Sequence record: DRR378314_656
Reading direction: 5' to 3' (one strand)
Length of the DNA: 64,000 nt
Shown here: in pieces, positions 49,840-59,032 of the stretch
Layout: each line of letters opens with the position of its first letter
How positions within the stretch are numbered: the first letter of the stretch is position 1
The notes under the pieces: generated by a model
Told to the model about the DNA's origin: nothing
What the model saw: only the letters and a program-made list of their open reading frames with translations
Database searches by the model: none
Translations under genes and position numbers: made by a program

Positions 49840-50018
49840 CGGATTGGCAGGAGGGGGACAAAGTTCCTGTCCGGATCAATGCGCGCTGCAGGATGCAAGC
49901 AGAATTCAGGGGGACAAGGCGTGTATGGACCGGGGAGCGACACAATCGTCGCCTGTCGCCAGATGTTGCGCTATGGTGTCGTCCGTGGTGCTGGGGTGCG
50001 CCTTGAGGAGGAAATGAG

Positions 50019-50366
50019 ATGACATTTGTCGATGGGTTTCTGGCGGCGGTGCCAGTGGCGAACAAGGCGGCCTATCTAGAACAGGCGAAGATGATGTCGG
50101 GCATGATGAAAGAGCTTGGCGCGCTGAGCGTGATGGAATGCTGGGGCGTCGATGTGCCGGAGGGCAAGAAGACGTCCATGCATCTGGCTGTTGCGCGCGA
50201 GGAGGGGGAGGGCATCGTCCTGTCCTTCGTGACATGGCCCTCGAAAGAGGTGCGGGATGCGGCCTGGGCGAAGATGGAAGCAGACGAACGCATGCAGGGC
50301 ATGTCCATGCCGTTTGATGGCTCGCGGCTGATTCATGGCGGGTTCGAGGCGATGCTGGAGGCTTAG
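50019..50366 (+). CDS. DUF1428 family protein
   Basis: FVDGFLAAVP, ECWGVDVPEGK, MPFDGSRLIHGGF. Confidence 0.88.
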   Translation: MTFVDGFLAAVPVANKAAYLEQAKMMSGMMKELGALSVMECWGVDVPEGKKTSMHLAVAREEGEGIVLSFVTWPSKEVRDAAWAKMEADERMQGMSMPFDGSRLIHGGFEAMLEA

Positions 50367-50382
50367 GGGCCGGCGGTTTGAA

Positions 50383-50573
50383 ATCGTATCGAGCGCCGTA
50401 TGGCGGCGCCGGGAGCAGCCTTCGCTTGCGCTTCAGGCCTTTTCTTCCAACATTCGATCCTCGATCGAATGATGACGCGAAGCGTCATCGGGGTGTAGCC
50501 CTTGCTTACGCTGCGGGCCTTTTTCCCCTCAACTCGATCCTCGATCGAATTGTCGCGCTTTGCGCGACCGGGG
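50383..50573 (-). repeat. 80-nt-period structured tandem repeat downstream of rnpB (about 2.4 copies)
   Basis: TCGATCCTCGATCGAAT at 50454 and 50534; GGCCTTTT at 50436 and 50516; hairpins in register. Confidence 0.85.
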
Positions 50574-50578
50574 AAAAA

Positions 50579-50970
50579 GACCAGACGGCCTGTAAGCCGG
50601 GTTCTGTTCGCCTGATTGCTCAGGTCTGGCAGCCATTCCTCTGGGATGCCTGTTGCCAGGCACCTCACGCGACACACCCGGGGCGCGGGCGGAAAACGGC
50701 CCATGCGCGCCCCCTATTCGGTCTTGCTCCGGGCGGGGTTTACCGTGCCGGTCCTGTCGCCAGTCCCGCGGTGGGCTCTTACCCCACCCTTTCACCCTTA
50801 CCGCGGCGTCCTTCGACAAGCTCAGGATGAGCCGCGGCGGTTTGCTTTCTGTGGCACTTTCCCTCGGCTCGCGCCGGGCGGCCATTAGCCGTCGCCCTGT
50901 TTCCCTGGAGCCCGGACTTTCCTCCAACAGGCCGTTACCAACCTGCCAGCGGCTGCCCGGCCGTCTGGTC
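50579..50970 (-). ncRNA. rnpB: RNase P RNA (type A)
   Basis: GAGGAAAGUCCGGGCUCC, AGUGCCACAGAAA, GGUAAACCCC, ACAGAACCCGGCUUA; P1 from CCAGACGGCC/GGCCGTCTGG. Confidence 0.97.
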
Positions 50971-51036
50971 AAGACGCGGTGTATAGGCGGAAATGCGGCC
51001 CGGCGCCAGTCGGGGAAGCTGCGCCGGGCCGACTGA

Positions 51037-52041
51037 CTAGGCCTTGATAAAGGCCAGGAGGTCCGGATTGAGGGTGTCGGCGTTGACCGTCAGCATGCCA
51101 TGGGACAGGCCGGGATAGACCTTGAGTGTGCCATTGGGCAGTAGTTCGACCGCCTTCAGGGCCGAGTTGGCAATGGGAACGATCTGGTCGTCATCGCCAT
51201 GCAGGACGAGCGTTGGCACGGTCATCGCCTTGAGATCCTCGGTCTGGTCGGTCTCGGAAAAGGCCTTGATGCCGTCATAGTGCGCCTTGGCGCTGCCCGT
51301 CATGCCCTGGCGCCACCAATTCTGGATCACGCCCTCCTGCGGGGCTGTGCCGTCCCGGTTGAATCCATAGAAGGGACCGGAGGGCACATCTCGGAAGAAT
51401 TGCGCGCGATTGGCGGCCAGCGCGGCCCGGAAGCCGTCAAACACTTCAAGAGGCAAGCCATCCGGATTGGCCGGGGTTTTCAGCATCAGGGGCGGTACGG
51501 CCGCCACGAGCACGGCTTTGGCTACGCGCCCACTAGGCAGGCCGTGTCGTGCGACATAGCGGGCCACTTCGCCGCCGCCGGTGGAGTGGCCGATATGGAC
51601 GACATTGTTCAGGTCGAGATGCTCGACCACGGCAAAGGCGTCGCTGGCATAATGGTCCATGTCGTGGCCGCTGCTGACTTGATCCGACCGGCCGTGGCCC
51701 CGGCGATCATGCGCGACAACGCGGTAGCCCTTGTCGACGAAATAGAGCATCTGGGCGTCCCAGTCGTCGGATGACAGGGGCCAACCATGATGGAACATGA
51801 TCGGCTGGGCGTCGCGCGGGCCCCAGTCCTTGAAGAATATCCGTGTGCCGTCCTTGGCGATGGCGAAAGAGTCAGAGGTCATTGTGGGGTCTCCGGATGG
51901 GTGGGAAAGGGCTGCGGGCAGGGTCTGGCAGCCGGACGTCATGACGAGCGGCGACAGGAGGGTGGCGCCGGTGAGGGCCACGCTGCCCGACAGGGCGTCC
52001 CGGCGCGAAATTCCGGCAGGCGGATGTTTTGGACGGGTCAT
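51037..52041 (-). CDS. Non-heme haloperoxidase/perhydrolase (alpha/beta hydrolase), with possible Tat extension
   Basis: HHGWPLSSDDW, HDRRGHGRS, GHSTGGGE, HGDDDQIVP; second in-frame start at 51882. Confidence 0.92.
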   Translation of the reverse strand: MTRPKHPPAGISRRDALSGSVALTGATLLSPLVMTSGCQTLPAALSHPSGDPTMTSDSFAIAKDGTRIFFKDWGPRDAQPIMFHHGWPLSSDDWDAQMLYFVDKGYRVVAHDRRGHGRSDQVSSGHDMDHYASDAFAVVEHLDLNNVVHIGHSTGGGEVARYVARHGLPSGRVAKAVLVAAVPPLMLKTPANPDGLPLEVFDGFRAALAANRAQFFRDVPSGPFYGFNRDGTAPQEGVIQNWWRQGMTGSAKAHYDGIKAFSETDQTEDLKAMTVPTLVLHGDDDQIVPIANSALKAVELLPNGTLKVYPGLSHGMLTVNADTLNPDLLAFIKA

Positions 52042-52149
52042 GTTCAGTCACCTCGCGGGAAAGTCTCGAGCCGGGCCAGAGTCTAGTTTGCAAAGGCATC
52101 CTGCTGTAGTCTGATGAAGTGATAGGCCGGCATATAGGAATCCGATACA

Positions 52150-53034
52150 ATGCATCTGGGAGATGTTGCTGTCTTCGTTCTCGCGCATGACCGGGGCAGT
52201 CTGGCCTCGGCTGCGCGGCATCTCGGCGTTTCGCCTATGATTGCCTCTCGACGCCTGTCCTCTCTGGAAGAGGAACTGAATGTGCGGCTGATCCATCGGA
52301 CGACGCGGGCTCTATCCCTCACGCCGGAAGGAGAGGCTTTTCTGCCTCACGCACAAGCGATGCTTGAGGGTGAGGCGCATGCCCGTGCTGCGGTCGCCCC
52401 AGCTTCGGCCACAGCCACGGGATTGCTGCGGGTGACCACGTCGGCCCCCTTCGGGCGCAAAGTCATTTCGCCCATGCTGCCGGGATTCCTGGAGGCGCAT
52501 CCTGAGCTGCGTGTGGACCTGCTGTTGACCGACAGTCTGATCGATATTGTCGCGAACGGTCTGGACCTCGCGATCCGGATTGCGAACTTGCATGACAGTA
52601 CGCTGGTGGCGCGCAGGCTGGCCGACAGTCCACGCATCCTGTGCGCCTCGCCGGACTACATCGCCCGAAAAGGCCGGGTGGGGACGATCGCGGACCTCGC
52701 CGGGCACGATTGTCTCGTCCTGACCGGTACGTCGCACTGGGACTTTGTCGGGCTGGAGGGCCGTTTCCGGCAGCGCGTATCGGGGCGGCTGACTTCAAAC
52801 ACGCTGGAGGCCCTTCATCAGGCCTGTCTTGACGGGATGGGCGTAGCAGTTCTGTCGGGTTGGAACATTCGCGATGATCTCGACGCAGGACGCCTGATAG
52901 CGATGGCGTGCGAAACAGCCCATCCCGTGCCGCTTGATATCTGGGCAGTCTATCCGACCAATCGCCTTGTTCCGCCCAAGGTACATTTGTTCATTGCAGC
53001 ACTCAAACAGGCGCTTGCGCCGATCGCAGCCTGA
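52150..53034 (+). CDS. LysR family regulator (CrgA/DmlR-like)
   Basis: SLASAARHLG, RTTRALSLTPEG, DLAIRI; divergent from hydrolase. Confidence 0.92.
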   Translation: MHLGDVAVFVLAHDRGSLASAARHLGVSPMIASRRLSSLEEELNVRLIHRTTRALSLTPEGEAFLPHAQAMLEGEAHARAAVAPASATATGLLRVTTSAPFGRKVISPMLPGFLEAHPELRVDLLLTDSLIDIVANGLDLAIRIANLHDSTLVARRLADSPRILCASPDYIARKGRVGTIADLAGHDCLVLTGTSHWDFVGLEGRFRQRVSGRLTSNTLEALHQACLDGMGVAVLSGWNIRDDLDAGRLIAMACETAHPVPLDIWAVYPTNRLVPPKVHLFIAALKQALAPIAA

Positions 53035-53055
53035 CACCCGCGCGCCAGTGATGCG

Positions 53056-53871
53056 TCAGTCGCCGGCGAAATCGGGGGTGCGTTTTTCGAGGAAGGCGCG
53101 GATGGCTTCGGCCTGGTCATGGGACTGGCTGGTCAGCAGGAACTGGTCGCGGTCCATATAGCTGGTCGCGTGGGCCAGTGGCTGGGCGGCTGTGTCGATG
53201 GCCTGTTTCGTCATGCGCAGCGCGATCGGGGGCAGGGCGGCATAATCGCGGGCAAGGTCTGTCGCGGTGCTGAGCGCTTTGCCGGGTGGGGTCATTTCGT
53301 CCACAAGGCCCCAGTCCAGCGCAGTCTTCGCGGTCAGCTTGCGGCCCAGCAGGATCAGCTGTTTCGCGCGCGACGGCCCCATCAGCGCAACAAGGCGCGG
53401 CACGGACCGCCAGCTCATATTCATGCCGAGCGGCACTTCCGGCAGGCGAAAATAGGCCGTGTCCGCACAGATGCGATGGTCGCAGGCGGCGACAAGGGCA
53501 AGGCCGCCGCCAATGCAGAAGCCTTCAATGGCGGCCACGGTCACCTGTTCAAGATCGGCCCAGGCCTGGCACATGTCCGGGCCGAGCTTCAGGGCGCTGC
53601 GTTGTTCCAGCAGGGTCATCTCGCCCCGGTCCTTGCGGTCGGGGTCTTTCAGGTCTGCGCCGGCGGAAAAGACGGCCGCGCCGGTCAGCACAATGGCAGA
53701 GCTCGTATCGTCATCGGCCAGCGCGCGGGCAACATCGCGAAGTTCGGTCATGCCCTGAACGGAGAGCGCGTTCAGCCCGTCGCCGCGATCATAAGTGACG
53801 GTGACGAGGCGGCCTGCGCGCTCCAGCGTGATGAAGTCGCTGAAGCGTTCTGTAATTGGTGAGTCCGGCAT
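53056..53871 (-). CDS. Enoyl-CoA hydratase/isomerase family protein
   Basis: FSAGADL, IGGG, LPEVPLG. Confidence 0.88.
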   Translation of the reverse strand: MPDSPITERFSDFITLERAGRLVTVTYDRGDGLNALSVQGMTELRDVARALADDDTSSAIVLTGAAVFSAGADLKDPDRKDRGEMTLLEQRSALKLGPDMCQAWADLEQVTVAAIEGFCIGGGLALVAACDHRICADTAYFRLPEVPLGMNMSWRSVPRLVALMGPSRAKQLILLGRKLTAKTALDWGLVDEMTPPGKALSTATDLARDYAALPPIALRMTKQAIDTAAQPLAHATSYMDRDQFLLTSQSHDQAEAIRAFLEKRTPDFAGD

Positions 53872-53939
53872 GTTCCCTCCCGTCCGGTGTCTAGTTGGAG
53901 GCAGGATCAGGCGGCGAGCGGCGTGAAGTCAACCATGCG

Positions 53940-54578
53940 TCAGGAGAGCAGCTGCCGGCCCATCATTTCTGACAACAGGGCATCGCGCTCTTTCTTGGAG
54001 AGATTGCTGAAATTCAGGGGGCGTTCGGCCCGGCCAGAAACGATGAGGTCGGCCAGCCCGTGCGCCGTCGCCCAGGACGCCATGATGAGTTTCATCGCGC
54101 CCGGATCATCCGGCGGGTTCTCTCCGACAACGCTGCGCACACCGGATTGCAGCTTTTCGTAAGCGGCGATGGAGGCGTCTCCCAGATCCGGCACGGTGCG
54201 GTCAGGTTTCTCCGACGTGAACATCAATCGGAACAGGGCCGGGTTTTCCAGCGCGAAGTCGATATAGCCGAGGCCTGCCGCGATCTGCTGCGCATGCGCG
54301 TCGCTGCCTGCCTCAGCCTGGCGGCTCTCCTGCGCTTCGACCAGACGCCGGAATCCGGAGGCGGCCAGGGCGGTGAGCAGGCCTTTCGCATCCTTGAAAT
54401 GGTGCGCGGGCGCGCCGTGGCTGACGCCGGCCCGTTTGGCAACGGCGCGCAGGGAGAAGGATTCGATGCCATTCTCCGCCAGCTCTGCCTCAGCAGCGCG
54501 CAAGAGCGCCATTTTCAGGTCGCCATGATGGTAGCGGTCTTTCGAGGCGCGGCGCGAAGCGGTCTTTGATGCGGTCAT
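53940..54578 (-). CDS. TetR family regulator (WHG-like C-terminus)
   Basis: YHHGDL, SLRAVAKRAGVSHGAPAHHF, WATAHG. Confidence 0.92.
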   Translation of the reverse strand: MTASKTASRRASKDRYHHGDLKMALLRAAEAELAENGIESFSLRAVAKRAGVSHGAPAHHFKDAKGLLTALAASGFRRLVEAQESRQAEAGSDAHAQQIAAGLGYIDFALENPALFRLMFTSEKPDRTVPDLGDASIAAYEKLQSGVRSVVGENPPDDPGAMKLIMASWATAHGLADLIVSGRAERPLNFSNLSKKERDALLSEMMGRQLLS

Positions 54579-54598
54579 GTGCTTACCATAATTCATAA

Positions 54599-54649
54599 CT
54601 TGACACTGTCTAGATGTTTTGACTAAAGGAAAATCTAGACAGTGACAAG
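54599..54649. promoter_or_regulatory. Paired TetR-type operators
   Basis: CTTGACACTGTCTAG (54599-54613) and CTAGACAGTGACAAG (54635-54649) between divergent TetR and amidohydrolase. Confidence 0.75.
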
Positions 54650-54661
54650 ATAGATGGATCT

Positions 54662-56182
54662 GTGATGTTGAAATGGATTGTTCGAATTGGTCTGGCGCTT
54701 TGCGCGATTGCTCTCGTGGGCATGGTGTCGACCTATGTCTTCATCGATCGCGAGCTGAACCGGATGTATGGGGCCTTTGTCAAAGTGGCCGAGCCGGACC
54801 TGCCGCCACCGGGGCCGGATGCCTATGCGCTGGTGGATGTGAACGTGCTGTCGCCGGAGGGGGATGCCTTCGTGCCGGGGCAGGCGGTCGTGGTGGATGC
54901 AGGCCTGATCCGGTCTGTCATGCCCGCAGATTCCGTGCCGGCGGGGCTGGAGACGGTCGACGGGCAGGGGCGCTATCTGATCCCCGGCCTGACGGATTCC
55001 CATATCCATCTCTGGCAAAGCGAGAATGACCTTCTGGTATATGTCGCCAATGGCGTGACACAGGTGCGCGACATGAACACGGTGCCGGTCAATCTGCGCT
55101 GGCGGGCGGAGATTGAAGACGGCCGGATCGGGCCGGACATCTTCGCTGTCGCGCCGCAATTTGCGACCTTCGGACCGATGGAGGGCGCCTTTGTCGGCTG
55201 GACCCAGCGCAAAACCATCGTGCGTACGGACGACCAAGTGCACGATGCCGTGAAGGATTTCGCGGCCAAGGGATATGACGCGCTGAAGGCGAGCAGCTTT
55301 CTCGACAAGGCCGGCTATGAGGCGATGAGCGAGGCGACCCGCGCGCAGGGCATCAAACTGGTCGGGCATTTGCCGATTGCCGTCGGTCTGAATGACCTCT
55401 GGGCGTCGAACCAGAGCGAAGTGGCGCATGTTGAAGAGTTCGTGAAGGCTCTGGACCGGGAATTTGGCGGATACGGGCCTGATGAGGCGGAGGCGTTCCT
55501 CGAATATGTCCGGGAGCGGAGCGACGAGGTGGCAGGCCGCATGATCGAACATGGCATCTCCGTGACCTCCACGATGGAACTGGTTGACAGTTTCCAGCGC
55601 CAGAAGCTGGACTTGCACACGGAACTCGATGCCGCGGAGCTGGCCTATGAGAATCCCGGCATTGCCGAAGGCACGGTGATTACCTCGCGCGGGATGGGGT
55701 GGATGCCGGAGGTGAACATCTATCGCTGGCCTGACCAGTGGGATGATGATCGCAAGGCCCGCAGCCGGATTTATTGGCAGGCCTATGCCGAAGCGCAGCA
55801 CATCCTGTTCGACACATTCCGTGAGGCGGGTGTACCGATCATGGCGGGGACGGATGCCAATGTGCCGGTGCGTGTGCCGGGCTTCTCCCTGCATGAGGAA
55901 TTCCTCGCACTGCAGGAGGCCGGGATGAGCCCGGCGCAAATCCTGGCGTCGGCAACGTCCGTGCCGTCTGACTATATGGGCACGAATGCCGGGCGTATCC
56001 AAGCCGGGCGAGAGGCAGATCTTGTTCTGCTGCGCGACAATCCCCTTGAGGACATTGCTGCGACGCAGGGCATCGACATGGTCGTGTTGGATGGCCGCCG
56101 TCTGGATCGCGCCGCGCTGGACGGGCTGCTGGAGTCGGTGAAAGCCGCCAATGATGAGAGCCGGAAGGTGGCATTGAACTGA
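54662..56182 (+). CDS. Amidohydrolase family protein with N-terminal membrane anchor
   Basis: IPGLTDSHIH, AGTDA, GREADLVLLRDNPL. Confidence 0.88.
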   Translation: MMLKWIVRIGLALCAIALVGMVSTYVFIDRELNRMYGAFVKVAEPDLPPPGPDAYALVDVNVLSPEGDAFVPGQAVVVDAGLIRSVMPADSVPAGLETVDGQGRYLIPGLTDSHIHLWQSENDLLVYVANGVTQVRDMNTVPVNLRWRAEIEDGRIGPDIFAVAPQFATFGPMEGAFVGWTQRKTIVRTDDQVHDAVKDFAAKGYDALKASSFLDKAGYEAMSEATRAQGIKLVGHLPIAVGLNDLWASNQSEVAHVEEFVKALDREFGGYGPDEAEAFLEYVRERSDEVAGRMIEHGISVTSTMELVDSFQRQKLDLHTELDAAELAYENPGIAEGTVITSRGMGWMPEVNIYRWPDQWDDDRKARSRIYWQAYAEAQHILFDTFREAGVPIMAGTDANVPVRVPGFSLHEEFLALQEAGMSPAQILASATSVPSDYMGTNAGRIQAGREADLVLLRDNPLEDIAATQGIDMVVLDGRRLDRAALDGLLESVKAANDESRKVALN

Positions 56183-56275
56183 TGAGGACGGGGAAGGGGC
56201 GGTGCCGAACCTGACTGGCAATAAGCCCCTGCCACCCTAAATGAAGGGCAATCTGACGGCAGAGGAGCCAGCCCC

Positions 56276-57073
56276 ATGAAAACCATACTTGTGACCGGCG
56301 CGACGGACGGGATCGGGCTGGAGACCGCCGAGAAGTTGCTCGCAAAGGGCCAGCGGGTCCTGCTGCATGGGCGCAATCCGGACAAGCTGGAGGCGGTGCG
56401 CGCCAGCCTTTCCGAACGCTTCGACGCCGACCGTTTCGAGTCATTTGAAGCGGATCTGTCGAGCCTTCCTGCCGTGGAGGTGCTGGCAGATGCTGTCGCG
56501 GCAAAGCATGAATCACTGGACGTGCTCATCAACAACGCAGGCGTATTCAAGACACCCAATCCGGTGCTGGAAAATGGGCAGGATGTGCGCTTCGTCGTCA
56601 ACACGCTGGCCCCGGCGCTGCTGACAGAGCGGCTGTTGCCTCTGCTTGGGGCGTCGGCGCGGGTGGTGAATTTGTCCTCTGCCGCGCAAGCGCCGGTCGA
56701 TCTGAACGCGCTGGCGGGAACGGGCCGACTGGCCGACAATGCCGCCTATGCGCAGAGCAAGCTGGCGCTGACCATGTGGACGATGGACCAGGCCGAGCGG
56801 CTGGGGCCGGACGGGCCGATGGTGGTCGCCGTCAATCCGGGGTCGCTTCTGGCGACCAAGATGGTGCGGGATGCCTATGGTATGTCCGGCAAGGATGTCG
56901 GCATCGGATCGGACATTCTGGTGCGTGCGGCGCTTTCGGACGAATTTGCGGATGCATCCGGCAAGTATTTCGACAATGACAGCGGCGCATTTGCTCCGCC
57001 ACATCCTGATGCGCTGGACACAGCGAAGCGCGGGAAGGTGGTGCAGGTCATTCGCGACCTGTTGCCAGCCTGA
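56276..57073 (+). CDS. SDR family oxidoreductase
   Basis: TGATDGIG, NNAG, YAQSK. Confidence 0.9.
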   Translation: MKTILVTGATDGIGLETAEKLLAKGQRVLLHGRNPDKLEAVRASLSERFDADRFESFEADLSSLPAVEVLADAVAAKHESLDVLINNAGVFKTPNPVLENGQDVRFVVNTLAPALLTERLLPLLGASARVVNLSSAAQAPVDLNALAGTGRLADNAAYAQSKLALTMWTMDQAERLGPDGPMVVAVNPGSLLATKMVRDAYGMSGKDVGIGSDILVRAALSDEFADASGKYFDNDSGAFAPPHPDALDTAKRGKVVQVIRDLLPA

Positions 57074-57136
57074 TCCTTCGCCCATCGCCCAACGTCAGGG
57101 CTGTGCAGAACAAGGGCGGCTGGTATAGCTGTCCCT

Positions 57137-58315
57137 ATGTTCGATATTGAAAGTTACGACTCGATGATGGCAGCGCTGGACGCGCTGGCACCGGAATTGG
57201 CCGAGCGGGCCGCCGAGATGGAAGAGGTGCGCCGCCTGCCGGCAGACCTAGCGGAAAAGATGGCGCGGGCCGGGGCGTTCCGCATGATGACGCCAAAAAC
57301 CTATGGCGGGCTGGAGCTGTCGGCGCGGGAATTCGTTGAGGGCGTGGAGCGGATCGCGCGGGCCAATGCGAGCGCGGGATGGTGTTCCATGATCGCCTGC
57401 ACAACGTCCATGAATGCGGCCTACATGGCGCCGGACATGGCGGCGGAGATCTATGCCTCGCCCATGACGATCACAGGCGGCGTGTTCGCGCCGATGGGCC
57501 GGGCCGAGGTGGAAGGCGATGGCTATCGCGTCACCGGCCGTTGGCAGTGGGGCTCCGGATCGGCCAATTGCAGCTGGCTGGCCGGGGGCTGCATGGTGTT
57601 CGAGAAAGGCGAGATGAAGCGGCTGCCCTCCGGCGCGCCGGACCAGCGGATGATGGTCTTCCCGGCAAGCGATGCGACGCTGCACGATACCTGGCATGTC
57701 ATGGGCCTGAAGGGGACGGGCAGCGGTGACCTGTCCGTAGACGGTATTTTTGTGCCGAAGGCGCGCTCAGTGTCCCTTGTCACCGATACGCCGCACGAGA
57801 CCGGGCCACTTTATACATTCCCGCCCTTTGGCTTGTTGTCACTGGGCGTGTCTGCGGTGGCGATGGGCAATGCGCGGGCCAGCCTTGATGCGTTCAAGGA
57901 GCTGGCCGCCGGAAAGAAAAGCCAGGGCAGCAAGAAGACGCTGGCCGAGCGCCAGACCATTCAGGCCGCGTTTGCGGAGGCCGAAGCGAAATGGCGAGCG
58001 GCCCGCGCCTACATGATGGCAGAGCTGGACGAGACCTGGACTGTGGCGCGTGACGTGAAGCCCGGCGAGGGCATTCCGGTCGAGCGCCGGGCAGCGCTGC
58101 GCATGGCGTGTACGCACATGACGCGCACCGGCGCGGACATCTGCCGCGCGCTGTATGACCTTGGCGGCGGCGCAGCCCTGTTTGAAGCCTCTGACCTTCA
58201 GCGCCGGTTCCGGGACTCCCACGCCATGACGCAGCATATTGTGACTGCGCCTGCGACGTGGGAGCTGACCGGCCGTTTGCTGCTGGACCTGCCGACCGAA
58301 GCCGGAATGGTGTGA
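57137..58315 (+). CDS. Flavin-dependent monooxygenase oxygenase subunit (acyl-CoA dehydrogenase fold, HsaA-like)
   Basis: PKTYGGLE, ASAGW, GRWQWGSG, DTWHVMGLKGTGS, LQRRFRD. Confidence 0.82.
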   Translation: MFDIESYDSMMAALDALAPELAERAAEMEEVRRLPADLAEKMARAGAFRMMTPKTYGGLELSAREFVEGVERIARANASAGWCSMIACTTSMNAAYMAPDMAAEIYASPMTITGGVFAPMGRAEVEGDGYRVTGRWQWGSGSANCSWLAGGCMVFEKGEMKRLPSGAPDQRMMVFPASDATLHDTWHVMGLKGTGSGDLSVDGIFVPKARSVSLVTDTPHETGPLYTFPPFGLLSLGVSAVAMGNARASLDAFKELAAGKKSQGSKKTLAERQTIQAAFAEAEAKWRAARAYMMAELDETWTVARDVKPGEGIPVERRAALRMACTHMTRTGADICRALYDLGGGAALFEASDLQRRFRDSHAMTQHIVTAPATWELTGRLLLDLPTEAGMV

Positions 58316-58332
58316 GGACGGCGCATACGTCC

Positions 58333-58866
58333 TCAGCCATTCGGGAAGATCAGCGGCTCTGATTTTTCACGGATCAGGTCGACCAGGTCTTCATCCATAT
58401 ACTGATAATCGTCCGGAATATCGAGCACGTGCAGCCGCTTGTAGGCGACTTCCTGGCGGAAGTCTGCGCGCAGGCGGTTGGCATGCTTGTCTTCCATGAC
58501 AAGGATCACCTCAGCCCAGCGGATATCGACCACTGAAACCTGCCGACGGGCGGATTTCGCCGTGCCGGCAGACCGGGTGGCCACGCCGTCCACGCGCGCG
58601 AAAACGGCCTCGCCCGTGGGGCTGCGCCATTGGTTCTTCGAGCAGATGAAGAGCACGTTGACCGGTTCGATGTCTGCCATCAGTTTCTTCCATTCCTTTG
58701 GCGGCCAGATTTTTCCGAGCTGGCGTGCACGATGCAGCTTGTTATGCCGCAGATACAGCAGTTTCCAGTTCTTTTCCTCAAAGCCACGATGGGTCGGCGC
58801 GCGCTTGCGGTCGCCATGCTTGCGAGCGGCCACGCGTCGCGCAGCCCGGTTTTCGGGGTGTGTCAT
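58333..58866 (-). CDS. Low-molecular-weight PTP-like phosphatase with basic N-terminal extension
   Basis: VLFICSKNQWRSPT (CX5R), SAGT, LDIPDDY; alternative start 58680. Confidence 0.8.
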   Translation of the reverse strand: MTHPENRAARRVAARKHGDRKRAPTHRGFEEKNWKLLYLRHNKLHRARQLGKIWPPKEWKKLMADIEPVNVLFICSKNQWRSPTGEAVFARVDGVATRSAGTAKSARRQVSVVDIRWAEVILVMEDKHANRLRADFRQEVAYKRLHVLDIPDDYQYMDEDLVDLIREKSEPLIFPNG

Positions 58867-59032
58867 TTGCTTGTCCTCGATTGTGCGGGTCAGCAGCCGC
58901 GGCAATACGAGGGACAGGCGCGTCATAGCCCGGAACAGGGCATTTCGGCAAGATGGTCGGCCGAAATCACCCATGCAGGCTGGGAGCGGCCGGCAAATTG
59001 CCCCATATAGAAAGCGTCGCGAAGGAGGCCGC

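Noticed and set aside
50383-50573. CRISPR interpretation of the 80-nt repeat
   Set aside because: Only about two units, the variable parts are homologous or structurally conserved rather than unique spacers, and there are no cas genes.
50363-51036. Several ORFs overlapping rnpB
   Set aside because: Explained by the RNase P RNA and its 3' repeats; no protein motifs.
58478-59032. Long N-terminal extension of the YihY ORF
   Set aside because: Antisense to the phosphatase gene; AAGGAGG RBS supports a start at 59033.
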